NCBI RefSeq assembly: GCF_018977255.1
Contig: NW_024704746.1
Coordinates: forward strand, 65,844,001-65,908,000
Direction: 5' to 3'
DNA length: 64,000 bases
Origin: Callorhinchus milii
Taxonomy: Eukaryota
Shown here piece by piece: positions 10,439 through 24,050 of the stretch. Position 1 is the first letter of the stretch; the number at the start of each line of letters is the position of its first letter. The notes beneath the pieces were generated by a model. That model was not told where the DNA came from, did not search any database, and worked only from the letters and a program-made list of their open reading frames with translations. Made by a program: the position numbers and the translations under genes.

Positions 10439-11446
10439 TTGATAAAGATGTTGAGTGACAAACAGGACTTCAAGTATCTGGAGATTGGACTTAGCTGTAC
10501 TGAGTTTCCCCCTATTAATCTGCTTAGCTGGCGATTGACTGTATTCCCCTGTTGAGTTTTTGAACCTACGAAGTGGGTTGAACTTCAGATTGCCCAGGCT
10601 TGTTTCACCTCAGCCATTCCATTCTGGATTGTATTCTGTTCCAGAGGTGAAAGCTCACAGCAGCGTCCAATCTGTAATTACATAAAAATAGTCTGCCAGT
10701 CACAGTCTGGCTTTAACGTGTTATAAACCCTCAAACTTTACTTCGGAGTGTTTGTAATTTGATCCTCTTGATCTTTACTGCTTGTTGTTACTTCCTGATT
10801 GTCCGTTATTGGTTTAAAGGAATTTAATGTGGGCTGGGTCCCAGCAATTCCAATCACAACACGACTGTATACATGATATACAGGGTGTTTTGAGAGAACC
10901 TGAACTTTGGGACTTTTACCACCCTCTTATGAACGAAAAATTACATCTACAGCATTAGCAAGTTGCAGAATAACCCGAGGTTACATCTGATACTTGGTTC
11001 TCTTCAGGAATTGCGTTTTTTTTTAAAAAAAGCTTCAAGGGGAAATTAAACCTGCAGGGAGTATTATTTTGTTCAAAGCTCTCCGCTTGGAGATGGAGAA
11101 CAGAAAATATAAAACCATGCTTTCTATATAACGAAGACATTTTTGTTTTGACGCATGATAATCTCTTTCTGCAGCAGGGCTACTCAGTGATGTCCTGTAT
11201 ATTACATGGAGGAGTTGGCTGACTTTCATAATTGCTCACTTTCATTTATTGAGGGCGTGTGTTTTGGAATGCAGATTTGATCTGTAGCCGTCTGACCCCA
11301 GGAAAATTGTGATGTTGTATTCTCACTATTCTGAATGCACTCACGATCAGAATGCAGTGATTTGTCTCTCAGTCCAGTTGAAAGTATCTGCTGTCTGCAT
11401 AAATTGGAAGTTACTTTACTGGAACCTTTTTTTCATCTCTATTGTT

Positions 11447-11812
11447 AATAATAATAATCCTTGCATTTGATATAAGACCTTATAATGCCTTTGAGACGTC
11501 TCAAAGCACTTCACGGAATATACTGTCAAGTGAATTGACTGTATATTTTGTGGGTGAAACTCGGCAAACAATTGTGCACAGCATTGTCCCACAAACAGTC
11601 GTGCATGGAGTGGCCAATTTATTTTGTTTTTGAAGGGATTATTACTTCCGGAAAAGCGATAATAATAATATAATAATCGTTGCATTTGATATAGCGCTTT
11701 TCACGTTTTATCGACGTCTCAAAGCGCTTCACGGAATAGACTGTAAAGTGAATTGACCGTATATTTGTGGGCGAAACGCGGCAGCCAATTGCGCACAGCA
11801 GCGTCCTACAAA
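11447..11812 (-). mobile_element. Two tandem truncated SINE copies (~11447-11660 and ~11661-11812)
   Basis: Two (AAT)n-ccttgcatttgata tails, each followed by a reverse-complement core. Confidence 0.85.
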
Positions 11813-12056
11813 CCCAGACAACTTGAGATGGGGAAAGACCACAATATTTCAGTAATTCCTAATCTTTGCAGCACATTCACAGAAATCTGCAAAGAGCTAC
11901 CCAACAGTAAGATAGTGTAAGCGTGTAAGTCACCATGTTGTAGGGATCCTTTACTTGTGAATAATTCGTAAATTTTGTCATGTGTACAAAATGTTCACTT
12001 TAGTCTTTTTTTCTTTTAACAATATATGGAGCTAAACCTGAAGGAACAAGGGTTAC

Positions 12057-12372
12057 GTGGAGTCCTGTAGCTCAATGGTTAGAGCACTCGCCTCGCAAAC
12101 AAGAGATCTGGGTTGGATTCCCGGCTGGTCAGGGCGAAACCTTGGGCAAGTTTCCTTACTCCACACGCCTGATAATAATCCCTTAAGAAAAAAACACACA
12201 ATAAGAATTTGGTCACTCAATCCATGACTGTTTGCGGACACTGCTCCGTGAAATTGGCTGCCGTGTTTTGCCTACAAATATTCAGTCAGTTCACTTTACA
12301 GTATATTCTGTGAAGCGCTTTGAGACGTCGAGAAGACTTGAAAAGCGCTATATCAAATGCGAGGATTGTTAC
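12057..12372 (+). mobile_element. Full-length tRNA-derived SINE
   Basis: GTGGAGTCCTGTAGCTCAATGG head through the tcaaatgcgaggatt tail. Confidence 0.9.
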
Positions 12373-12487
12373 TGTTTCTTAATAATGGAAAAAGTCAAAC
12401 ATAACCATTCTTCAATATTTTGCGAAATATTTCAGGATTTTTAAAAACGTTTGCGCATTTGTCCAAAATGATTTAGTGAAGTTGGTA

Positions 12488-12488
<1 letters not shown>

Positions 12489-12523
<35 letters not shown>

Positions 12524-12640
12524 CCTTGCATTTGATATAGCGCTTTTCACGTCAGGAGGACGTCCCAAAGCGCTTCACAGAACACACTGTAAAGTGAATT
12601 GACTGTATATTTGTGGGCGAACGCGGCAGCCAATTGCGTA
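12489..12640 (-). mobile_element. 5'-truncated young SINE with long (AAT)n tail
   Basis: Reverse complement of the SINE 3' half; abuts an L2-type tail at ~12641-12692. Confidence 0.9.
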
Positions 12641-13239
12641 ATTGGGATGTCCTCCTGATGTGAAAGCCGCTGTGCAAATGTAATTTGCTGTTATAATTGG
12701 TTCAATACCAAATCAATTATTTTGTACATTTCAGCATTCAGAAGTGGCTGACCCATTTGAAATTTGACGTTTATATTTATATGTAGAATGTGCTGAGAAG
12801 GAACTCATTCCTAAACAAAAATTAACAAACACCTAAATAATGTATGGTAAATATTTTTAATTGATTGTATCGTTTTCCTTTATAAATATTTCCTATATGC
12901 CAGTGTTTATCTTTTTGTTTGTTTTGTAAATGGGAATCTGATTAAAATTTGGCAGCCAGTAGTAAAACTGTGGGGGGGGGTGTGAAGAAAACTTCTAAAG
13001 TTGCAACTTTTTTAGTTTTATTTTATATATCCTTATAATTTGGTTAAATGGTTATACAGCTGCATGTACAGTCCTGCTCCACAGGGAGGAACTATAGGAT
13101 TAGATTCATGTACAGTTGCACAATATTGCAGTGAAAAGGTAACTGAACAGTTGAAAATATGCATTTACTGTAGACTACCACTTTTATTAAAGGATGCTAC
13201 AGAATAATGTTTTACCTGACCCACCACTTCCACTTTGTC

Positions 13240-13480
13240 TACTCTCTCTAATGGTTTCTCCTCTTGCCTCCGCACGTGACATTGGTGACACCCAAATCTA
13301 CTTTTCGGTTTCTGTTCTTCATTCCAGTTCCACTAAACTGTCTGCTTGCCTGTCAGACATCGAAGTCCAGACAGACGTAATTTCCTCTAACTCAATATGG
13401 GTAAGATAGAAATAGTCCTCAGCCTTCTTCCTATCTCACACCCAATGCTGCTAAAGCACTCATTTTCGTACCTTCTCTTT
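13240..13480 (+). mobile_element. L2 reverse-transcriptase remnant
   Basis: Translation GDTQIYFS...KLSACLSDI resembles the L2 RT YADDTQLYLS...LSxCLxDI motif. Confidence 0.65.
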
Positions 13481-14227
13481 CTGTATTTGTCTTAAATCCT
13501 ACCTCTTTTAACGTTCCTATGGCCACCTTCACGCCTTCCCCTTGTTTGGTATCCACCCCCGTCCTTGTAAAGTGCTCCAGGACATTAACCGACATGAGGA
13601 CGTAATCTAAATACCAATTGTTTTTGTAAGGTTGGAAATGTGATCCCAAGGTTGGGTTGTAAATGCATGTTGAATGTATGAGGAATTAAAGACTACTGAT
13701 GGTTTAACGACAAGAATTAGAACAGTTTTGAGGTCTCAAGAAAGAATGTATTGAGTTGGAAACCAAACTGTAAGTTCTAATTTCAACACAATGAAGAGAA
13801 TGGAGATATGTGAATGTATTTGAAACTTTGGAGGAGCGCGAGAGGAAAGGTCAGAGGAACAATCATACTTCAAGATACTGCACAATTCAGCAAAGGATAG
13901 CTCATTGTGTTCATCTCTGGTTTTCACTGAGTTACAGATTTCAGCTCGGGAGACAGTGAAAGCACAATTCCCTGCAGGGAATCATTTGAGGGAAAATTAA
14001 GGTTGCTGGAAGTTTAAAATAAAAAGTAAGTGATAGAAATGCACAGAGGAGATCCTGCTCCCAATGTTATTGAATGCTATCAAGTGATCTCATTTGAGGT
14101 ATGTGTGTGAGAAGAAACTTTCATGAATAAATTCAAGAGGCAGCAGGATTATTGCAGGTGAATCACTTTGTTTTTCACCGTATATTATTTGTTCAGACTG
14201 AATTGTCCAGAAAATATCAGAAGCATC

Positions 14228-14520
14228 ACTCTGGCTCATTTGGTGGAACTCTCCCCTGAGTCAAAGTTGTGGGTTTGAGCGCGCATTGGGATTTTGAACT
14301 CTTGTCAAGGCTGACTTTCCAGTCCAACACTGCATTGTTTAAGGTGCTGCCTTTTGGATGAGATGTTGAACCAAGGTCCCATCTATGCCGCTTCAGGTGG
14401 TTGTCCGATGGTATTTTTGAAGGGGTTTTCTCCTGGTGTCCTGGCCGACAGTCGCCCAGATAGAATTGGTCGTTTGTTAGCTTTGTGGCTCTTTGTGTGT
14501 GAAGTCACTACATTTCGCAA
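14228..14520 (+). mobile_element. Old SacSINE1-like element, interrupted by a younger SINE
   Basis: tggctca..ctgagtc..gttgtgggtt head, ggctgac..tggatgagatgttgaaccaaggtcc body; tail resumes at ~14925-14975. Confidence 0.7.
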
Positions 14521-14526
14521 TAAATG

Positions 14527-14911
14527 CGGTGTTCGTGTCGCATATTGGTTAGAGCGCTCGCCTCCCAAGCAAGAGGACCTTGGTTCGCTTCCTGGGCAGA
14601 GCGAAACATTGGCCGAGTTTCCTTACTCTACACACCTCTGTTAATCTAGCCGTAAGTAGGAACCCGGTTGGTAGTCGATTGGGGGATTGCTTTTCCAGGA
14701 GTAATAATCCCTTCCAAAAAATAAATAATAATTTGGTCACTCAATCCATGGCTGTTTGTGGAACACTTTTGTGAGCAGTTGGCTGCTTCGTTTCCCCCAC
14801 AACAATTTACAGTCAATTCACCTCACAGTATATACTATGAAGTGCTTTGAGACGCCTCGAAGACATGATATGGTGCTATATCAAATGCAAGGATATTTAT
14901 TGTTATTATTA
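14527..14911 (+). mobile_element. Full-length tRNA-derived SINE, long subfamily
   Basis: Diverged tRNA head, extra central segment, Deu-like core, tail. Confidence 0.85.
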
Positions 14912-17322
14912 TAAATCCTGTGATCCTTTGAGACATCTTCCTGGTGTGTAATACATAATTAAATACAAGGATGATTAATATTAGTTAAAATAATTAGATT
15001 TCAGTAAGCATTTATATATTCACCACTTAATATTTATTGGTGCGCACAAGTCTAATCCAGAGTAAAACTGATAAACTAGATGTCAGAATTCAGTGTTTCG
15101 TCTGAGTTCTCTGGTACAAACAGTTTAATCACCAGTCAGAAAAATAGTTAGAAAGAATAGAAGGAAGTGGCAATTGAAAATCAACGATTGAGAAAAATAA
15201 ATGGCCAAACAGGAAAAGGAAAGAAAAATCACTAAACACATGACAGAATAACTTTCTGATTTTTTTTAAAAAAAGGACATTGATGAATTCCATAAATATG
15301 AGCATGATTCTCAAACAAAAATCAGAAAGAAGATCCTAAATTTGTTTGCTTTTTGTTACTCAAACCACTGCTGGTTCTATTGCGTTTGGCACACAAAATA
15401 TACAGTCATTCGCTTTACAGTATGTCCTGTGAAGCGCTTTGAGACATCTCCACAATGTGAAGAGGCGCTATATCAATTACAAGGATATATAAGGATTATT
15501 ATATTATTGAATATTTGGTTTTGCATTGTTCTGCTTCTGAACAGTTAATTATGGTACTCTACAACACTCAACAAAGTGTTCATTCTTTTCTTTACAAAAT
15601 CAGTTACATGTTTAACTTCCCATTTTATTCTATGCGTTCACGTCCCTCGAGATCCATTTTTGGCAGCACGCTGTACTACATTTCGCGCTGAAGGAAATAA
15701 CTTTTTCTGTGCCCAATCGCCGCACAGTTATCTGAGTTGATAAGTCACGAGAAGCGATCAGCTCAGAGGTCCTGTATTTTCACTCTAAGGTCATGAAGAT
15801 TATTGGTGACCTTTTTGTCAGCGGACGAGTAGCCTGCTTCGTATTGGCTAGATCAAAAGTCGATACAGATATAGCTGACGCTTTTTGTGGGAAGCTGCTG
15901 ATACTTAACCAATGTTGACGGTGGAAATTGTACCCTTGAGCTGTGAATTAGTACTCATGATGTGCCTAATGTGGTCATGCCACGTAGAGCTCACACACTT
16001 AGCTTACCTTCCTATAGGTATTAAAACAGCTAAATTTGATTGATTGTGACTTCTGAGGAAGTACTGAGCTGTAACGTATAACATAAAAATCTGTTTAAAG
16101 TGAATTCTAAACAAATGTTGCGACGTAACTGTTCCTATTTGTCATGGAGTTTAATGTTTGGACATGCTTTGTACTAAGCAACGAGTTGGTTTGTGAATGC
16201 CTTTAAATTGCATGTAAACACCTTGATTTGTGGCCTAAAACACATAGTCAATTCACTTTACAATCTATTCTGTGAAGCACTTTGAGATGTCTCAATGATG
16301 TGATAAGGTGCTGTATCAAATGCAAGGATTTTTTATTATTAAAGTATCTAGCCGGTAGATAATGTAAATCCAGTTTCCAAATGCAATCAAGCTAATTAAG
16401 TCAAAGGTCCGTATAACGCTGCATTTGCGGGAAATTTCGACTTCCACTTCAACCCTGTCTGCTCCATTTCGGCTGACTTTTCCCCCCTCCTCCCCGCTCA
16501 ACCTTCACGCTAACTTCACCAACCACACCCGGTTTGACCTTGACCCCCAACTAAGGCCTTTCCATCTGATATTTTCATCTCCGTTGCTGACAAATTCCAG
16601 CTCGGAGTGAGTGGGTTTGGAACAATAGTTCCTGTGAATGCACTTAAGCATATGGGGAGGAGTGGTGGTGGAATTGACGACGTACAATTCACAATTTGCA
16701 TTGGTAATGAAAAAGGAACCAAAGTTCTTCAGCTATGAATATAATGAGTTATGACCTTTCAGAAGGTTGCATGCTTTCAAAGCCTAATCTAAAAGGAGAA
16801 CCTAATCTCAGTTTAGCCTGACGTGCGTTTTAAAATGATTTATTAACATTTCTCATCACATTCCGAAGCTTTCCTCCTAAAATTGTTTTCTGTATTTCTG
16901 ATAAAATGTTAACCGTCGAATGATAAATGCAAAACAATCATTTTCTCTTTACAGTGGTGTGATTCTGTCATTTACATTCATTATTTGTTGGCGGCAATCT
17001 GTTTTATGACTTTCAGGATGGAAAGTGGCCAGTTTTTTCCTCCCTGTTGCATTTTGTCAAAGAAATGGAATGTTTCAAGCTAGGTGTGAAAAATTACGTG
17101 TGGAGTTAAGTGTACGTGTTCAAGAAAACCGAGCGGAGACCAGATTTGGGTTGGATGTGAAACCCTTGAGGTCGAATTGGCTAGACAGAACTCGTATCAT
17201 GATGGTCACTTGAGGAAGGCATGCGAGGCTAATTGGTAGCTATGAAATTTTACTGCAGTGCCTTCAGCGTAAGGAATGGAAAAAGAATACCAACTTTAAA
17301 TACAGTATTAAACAAAACTATG

Positions 17323-17705
17323 GTCAGCCTGGCTCGGTGGTAACATTTTCACCTTTGAGTCAGAGGGGTCTGGGTTCAAACCCCAATATAAGATACTATG
17401 CTCTGTCCAGGCAAACACTCCAGTGTAATGCTGAAAGTAACACTGTAGTGTTGGAGGTGCTGTGCTTCAGATTAAATGCTAAACCCAAGTCCCACGATGC
17501 TATTCAAAAAGTGGATAAAGATGCCATGACACTGTTCAGTAAGTGAAGGGAGTTTCTCCCAGGGTCCGAGCCAACAATCCTTCAGATAAAATTGGTCGTT
17601 CATTTTGTGGCTGTTTTGAGGGACATAATTTGTGCGCAAGTTGTTTGCCTATAAATACAGTCTTTGCACTTTTTAGTAGAAATCCTATGAAACGCTTTGA
17701 GACAT
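17323..17705 (+). mobile_element. Old SacSINE1-like element
   Basis: gtcagcctggctcggtggtaaca..tgagtcagagg head, acactccagtg body, aaattggtc core. Confidence 0.7.
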
Positions 17706-20304
17706 TGACTTAGTAATGTTATAGGGTAATGTTCTTGGGCTGTTTGCTTTCCATTTGTACCTGAGCTTCTGTGCTGATACGGCATCAATGAGTATCTTTC
17801 TTCACAAACAAAAAAAGAGCCCTTTGGAAATGCATTGGTAACCAAGCCAAGAAATATCAACAGCAGCTTGGTTAAAAATTAGACACTAACACCACACGTT
17901 TGGAGGAATATGCTGCAGTGAATTTAAGAGGTTTATTTTACATTCTGATTTCTACAAATCAAACCCAGAATATTAAACATAATTATCCTTTTTATAGCAG
18001 TTTGATAGTAAAAGTATGTTTTCAGTGTCATAAATACCAGTGGTTTAAATTTAATCTTCTAAAACTAAGTTTTATTCGACCGGATTTGTTTTTTCTGGCT
18101 GAAGTGTGAATCAACACCCAGGCTGACTTGACCTGTCCATTTTGTAACAGTGAGTGGACCTACTTATGGTTGAAAGACTGTATTGTAAACTGAAGGTGTA
18201 ATAATAATCTTTGCATTTGAGAGAGAGGATTTTGCATTGGGAAGATGTCTCAAAGCGCTCCACGGGATGTACTGTAAAGTACGCTAATACCCCGGCTGGA
18301 GGGACCAATGGGGAGGGCGATCTGGTCCGGCGAGCAGCAATTGGAATTACAAATTGGAGTTCATTGGAATTACAAAGCCAGCACTGTTATTGACTGACTC
18401 TTTTTTGTTACCCCCTTATTTAAGTGTCAAAAAAATGCTGGTACCGGCATCGTAACTGTTTGAATCCCCCGAGCAGAAGATAGTGAATTCTGCTTGCGGC
18501 ATTCAAACTGAATCAAAGTCCATCACTGGCTATTGAAGTCCAGTAAGGATGGTGAGACGGGGCGGGGGGGAGGGGGAGTGTGGACTGGCGGGAGTCTAAA
18601 CATGGTCGGGCGTGTGGAAATTTTTTAAAAATAATTAATTTCAAGCCTAGTGTGGCACAGTACCAATTCTGGAAACTCGGAGTCCAGTAAGCCAGGGGTT
18701 TACTGTATAGTGACTGTGTCTATTCTAGGCAAACGCAGCAGCCAATTTGCACACAGCAATCTCCCACAAAGGGCCATGAATGACCAATTGTTGGCCAGGA
18801 CACTGGGAGAAACTCCTTTTTTTTTTGAATAATACCATTTTTAACATCGACCTGCACAGACATAACGTGACTTTGGTTCAATGTCTCAATCTGAGTGAGA
18901 TTGAAGACTTCAAATGGCGGTTTTCCATGGGAGGAAAGTTAGTTACGTTTTTTTAAAAAAAAAACACATGCTGCGATTCAGTCTGTGAATTGGTTGATCT
19001 TGAGAGTAGAAATCCCAAGGAGCAAATGGTAAATATTGATTTCCAGATACAAAGTGCATGCTTATACTATATTTGAACTGTTTTGAAAGCTTCGTTCATT
19101 ATACGACTGAATACTCCATCTGTATTTCACGGTAGGGTTTTGCTTCTAGCGGTTGCTCATTTTACAGTTCAATAAGCACACACAGATCTGTGAAATTATA
19201 ATGTGTAATTTTTAATGGCACAGGTTTTGACCTGGCCTATTTGCTGACTTAGTGGATCGCAGGCCAGACATCAATTGGCCTCGATGCCCCTGGCTTAGAG
19301 AATGGAAGATCGAGCCGAGATACTGCTCCCGATTATTCTTCAGTCATGTCTGCTGAAGTGCCTAAACGTGTGAAAGTTTGGCAAGGCAAATGCGATCAAG
19401 TACGGTTGTGAGTCCCTTTGTGGTCAAATAACCTGCCTGAATCCAATTAAGGTTCCCAAATGAATCACGGATGGTTGGGTAATGTATTGGAGGGCTGGTG
19501 GCGGGAGTAAAACTGTGATCGGGGAGGGGTGAGGAGAGAAAATCCAAGTCCATGTTGATGGTTTGCAGAACGTTGTGCTGTATCTGGAATGACCTATTAA
19601 TTTTCTGCAAAATGCTGTATTTTTTCATGCCGATAACTTGCCCTATATTCTGTCATAAACCATTATTTTTATGGCTATATTAGTACGGATGCAGTACACT
19701 GCAATTGGAGAGGGGTAAGACCTTCGCCTTACCCTTCACCCAACCACCCACAGTGTTTAGTCAGTTTAGTATGAAGTGATCTTTCTGTCATTGTGCAGTT
19801 TTGAAGAGACAACAAGATGCATCACTGCAAGCAATATATTCATTAGGGACTGGTGAAAGGGCTCATCTATTATCGATGAATTTCAAAATAACCTGATAAA
19901 TATGCCTGTGCATCATGTTGGATATAATAGCTTCACTGCTTCAAACTGTCTGGGGTGAAAGGAATGACCTTTAAAACACCTATAGCTCTTTTCAGGTGTG
20001 GAAATATTGAGTCGGGTGAATAGACAGCTCTCATGATTACAGTTTTGGATATTCGATTAATTTTTACCAACTTTTCCTCCAAAGCAACCCATAATGGAAA
20101 AATCTCTGTAATTGGCAGCGACACTTAATGTTTTGTATTATCTGCCAATTTAAGTCTCTCCGATAGAAACGAAAGTAAAATGAAATTGGAACAAGGAAGA
20201 AACGTTTCATATGACAATTTTATTTAATTGTCAGATTGCCTTTAGATTCCTGTGTCTCTGTCAGGTAACCAGTTGTGTAGGTGTTCAATTCCCTGACTGT
20301 GAAA

Positions 20305-20495
20305 CCTGACAGCCAATTGCGCACAGCAGTGTCCCACAAACAGTCATGGCCGCAGTGACAATTTATTATTTTTATTGAAGGAATCATTACCCCTAGAAAG
20401 CGATCCGCCAATCAACCAACAACCGGGTTCCGACTTGCTGCTCGGTAAACAGAGGTGCACGGAGTAAGGAAACTTGATCAAGGCTTTGCCTTGTC
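20305..20495 (-). mobile_element. SINE internal fragment, long subfamily
   Basis: cagccaattgcgcacagcagtgtcccacaaacag through ggagtaaggaaactt. Confidence 0.85.
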
Positions 20496-22216
20496 CTTTG
20501 CTCTTCCACCCCTTTTAATATTTTACCACCCAACATGTACTTGTTCTCCTTATTCTTCCTTACGTCCAGCCACTTTGTTTCTTTGCCTTTTCCCTGCCCA
20601 ATCAACTAATCTGTCTGTTTCCTCCTAAAGTTGCTTGCAATCATCTTCATTATTAGCTACAGTGTCTTGTTTTGTTTTTCCTCCTGTAGGGCATGCTTTG
20701 GAATTTGCACCCATGTATGGTGTATTTACTGCTAATATTTATCAGACGTGACTGCTCAGGACTGTCAGATCGCAGAAATTTTACCTCGGGCATCAGCGTT
20801 CACAGCTGGGTTATGCTTCTCTGATGAGACCTCCCATCTCCTCTTTGTAGCTGTTGATACTTTGTTGGTCTCCAGTGATATGTGAAGATTGCTGAACGAA
20901 GAAGAAAGATAGATTTTTACTTGTACAACTCTCTCTTCATTCACTGAGGGTCGGCATCTTTCACACACTGCACCCGATCATTGGTCCTTCCTAACACTGA
21001 ACGCTAGGAACCCAGGTGAAAATGAGACGGTTCTGGAAATAAAGAAGGCAAACGTTACTCATTGAGGTTAAACAAATCGTGTGTATTAGGGCCCTTGATG
21101 CCTTGATTGTTTGCTTGTGCCTGAGCTCTTGCATAAGCAAATATCTTGTGTTTTTGCAGACCAGAACTGGTAAACACACTCTGATTGCATTCCCAGTAGC
21201 TTTGGCTCTGAAGCATAGCGTAGGGTTTCCACTGTAGGTTAACAGAAATCAAGACCAAGAGCCCAATGTACACGTTGGAATACAGTTGGAACTTAAGAAA
21301 AAAAATCCATAGCACAATATTCTAAAAGAGTCAGCCTGTTACTGTCTAAAGAGTTTTCTGTTGTAACTACGTTTAACTATATCTGGAAATATGAGTTGTG
21401 GAAAACAGAATCTATGGTTAACATACAGTTTATAGACTGAATAGTGAACATATTTATTTGAATCCACAATTTATTTGATCCAATGTTGCTGCCAGCATGT
21501 GGATTTTGCTGTTTAAGCCCAAACTCTTCCCTTCTTTACAATTTACTGCAATAGTTTGTAAATCTTTGTACGATGGCAGATATAACTCCTGTACAATTTC
21601 TCCACCTGATTATTTTAATGAAAATCCTTTTCATTGTCAACTGATTATAGATAATGAATGCTTTTCTCCCCCCCCCCCCCCTTCCCATGCGCTTAATAGC
21701 TGAACACTAAGAATTCTTCTCATGCACTGGAATGACAGAAGTACCACACGCTTTGATTGGTACTCTAGTGGTCTGTGTGCTGATTTGACTTGATCAGTAA
21801 GTTGATGCTGAACACTGAGTCTACCGGGCAGGATTTACCAAATGCTGCTCTGCGCATATTTTATGTGTTATTTTTGATGGTACTTCTAGACAGAAATACC
21901 TTCGTATTTCATTGAAGCATTATGTCCTGTATCTGCAGGTTAAAGTGATAGATAGGACGACCTACTGTCTTTGTTGTGCTGGAGCCAGCAAAAGGCAGGC
22001 ACAATGCTGCTATTAGGCTGCATGCACGGTGTTTGGATTTTAGTTTGGGAGCTGTATTATTGGGAGGCTAGATGAGCCTTACCTAGAGATTTGCTGGTTC
22101 TGTGATGTATCAGACGTTGCAAGCGCCGATGAAGAAAATTCTGAAGAGCTGTCGGGATGAGACCTGTTGGAATTCGAGGAGGAAAGACTAACACCCGGCG
22201 CTCCTGGCAAACAGCC

Positions 22217-22283
22217 ATGATGCAAGTCTTACAGATTGTGAAGGAATTAATGTCGCCTTCAAGAAGAAATTTTGAAAAGAAAG
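22217..22283 (+). CDS. USP6NL: USP6NL alternative N-terminal coding exon, isoform B: MMQVLQIVKELMSPSRRNFEKK(D)
   Basis: gccATG context, 22 codons + G, donor AAG|GTAGGA at 22284. Phase 1 joins |AT at 46803 in frame (GAT = D). Resembles, from memory, the QVLQLVKEL..PSR alternative N-terminus of mammalian USP6NL. Confidence 0.75.
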
Positions 22284-22984
22284 GTAGGAGCACAGCTTCG
22301 TAAAACCGTGCAGCATAGCCAGTCAGTCAGTGTTTCTGTGATGTGCAGAATCCAGTCGGAAGTTCCATTCATATTATTTTGTTGCAGATCAGAGTGACGG
22401 TTGGAGTTCTTATCATCTGTTTTGCGAAGGTTATTGGATGTTCTTTATGATGCCATACATTTCTGCCGCCCTTCCTTCTCATCGCTAAATGTAGTGTTAT
22501 TGCAGGTGAAAAACATTTGGCTCCGGCAGCTGGGAATTATTCATGGTAGCCGGCTCTAGCTGCTTGCAAAGGATTGGGATTTTACTGCAGTGCCTTTAAA
22601 TTGGCATTTGCTGAATTTGAGAAGAGATTGTATGTTGATATTTTTCAGTCGGTTTAGATTTGCTCCTGACTAGAGACTTGAACAGGTTGCCTCTAAGATG
22701 GGGGCGGTGGGAAGGAAAATATGCCCAGGGGAGGGGGAGTAGAGAGGCAAAATGCTGCCAAACTGATGCTTAAGATACACTCCTGTGAAGTTTATATCTT
22801 TAAAATGCATGTATTTTTCTTTAATTTATAACAGTATTTGCCCAGACTGGAGAGCTGCTGTCAAGCCTCTCTGATGCTATTCCATGATGTCGGGTTAATG
22901 GGGAGGTGCCCTTGCATTTCATCACTCTGTAGCATAGCGTAATCAAAGTTTGTCACTTGGATGCGCTTCTGTAAATCTAGAAAT

Positions 22985-23265
22985 CGAGGTCCCATCTGTG
23001 CCTGTTCAGTTGAAAGTTAAAGGATCCCACGGCACGATTTGAAAAGAGTTTTTCCTGGGGCCCTAGCCCTCGTCCCCTCAGATAAAATTGGTCATTTGCT
23101 TCATGGCTGTTTGTGGGACTTTGCTGTGCACAGATTGGCTGTCGTGTTTGCTACAAAATACAGTCACTACTGTACTTTTACAGTAAATCCACTGAAATAT
23201 TTTTTTAACGTCCTCCTGGCGGGAAAGGTGCGGTATCAAAATGCAAGGCTTATTATTACAATTAT
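22985..23265 (+). mobile_element. Old Deu-domain SINE 3' portion
   Basis: aaggatcccacggcac..ggctgtttgtggga..ttggctg..caaaatgcaagg. Confidence 0.75.
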
Positions 23266-23894
23266 TTGAAACGATTTGAACCGAGCATACATCATGCGTT
23301 ACCAGACATGTGGAGAGTGCGACTTCAGGCAAGGATGTCACCCTTTTGACATAGGGGAAACTGTGGACTTTGAGGCCGATTGGAGTGCTCTAACTCATAC
23401 CATCACCTGGCAAATTTACCAGGATGTTTATTGTTTCTGGCTGTTCTCTATCCTGGCTAATTTCACTTACAGACGATGTAGGCGATAATTTGTTGGAAGT
23501 GTAGCACTGGTTGTGTTTCTTTTGCGTTAAACAGCAAGTAAATAGATTCTCCAGGATCAATAATAGTAGTAGTGAGTCTGTGATCGTCCTTCTTGTGCAG
23601 TTAAGCCGTTTATCTTCCAGAAAAGTTTTATTGAAGTTTATTTCTTTCCCATTCATTTTAGGAGTTGTCTTTCGAAAACAAAAAGGTATTGATTGTGCCT
23701 TAATTTACCAATATTTTCTCCTGCCTCTTCTACTTTCTCAATAATAAAAATAATCCTTGCATTTTATGTATCACCTTTTCGTGTTGTGTGTATGTGTGTG
23801 TGTATATGTATATATATATCTCAAAGCACTTTGATGAATTAATTGTAAAATGGAGTGACTGTGTATTTTTAGGCAATGGGATCGTGGAATATTT

Positions 23895-24050
23895 AATGTT
23901 AACTTTCCAGTTGAAGGGCGGCACTGTTGATAATTGAGCGCTCCCCCAGCACTGCATTGGAGTGTCAGCCTGGACTGTGAGCTGAAAGTTCTGATATGAG
24001 GCTTGAAACCACAACCTTTTGATTCAGAGGCAACGAGAGCGCTACCAATT
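23895..24050 (-). mobile_element. SacSINE1-like head fragment
   Basis: cagcactgcattggagtgtcagcctgg..cacaacctt..attcagaggc, the reverse complement of the old SINE head. Confidence 0.7.

Noticed and set aside
10120-10442. Recurring ORFs such as [31 protein letters not shown] in many places
   Set aside because: Chance reading frames of the high-copy SINE on both strands, not a gene family.
16934-17030. Strong acceptor-like sites (ttttctctttacag, gactttcag; also ctcctgtag at ~20689)
   Set aside because: No convincing paired donor giving a frame-compatible exon; such sites are expected by chance in long introns.
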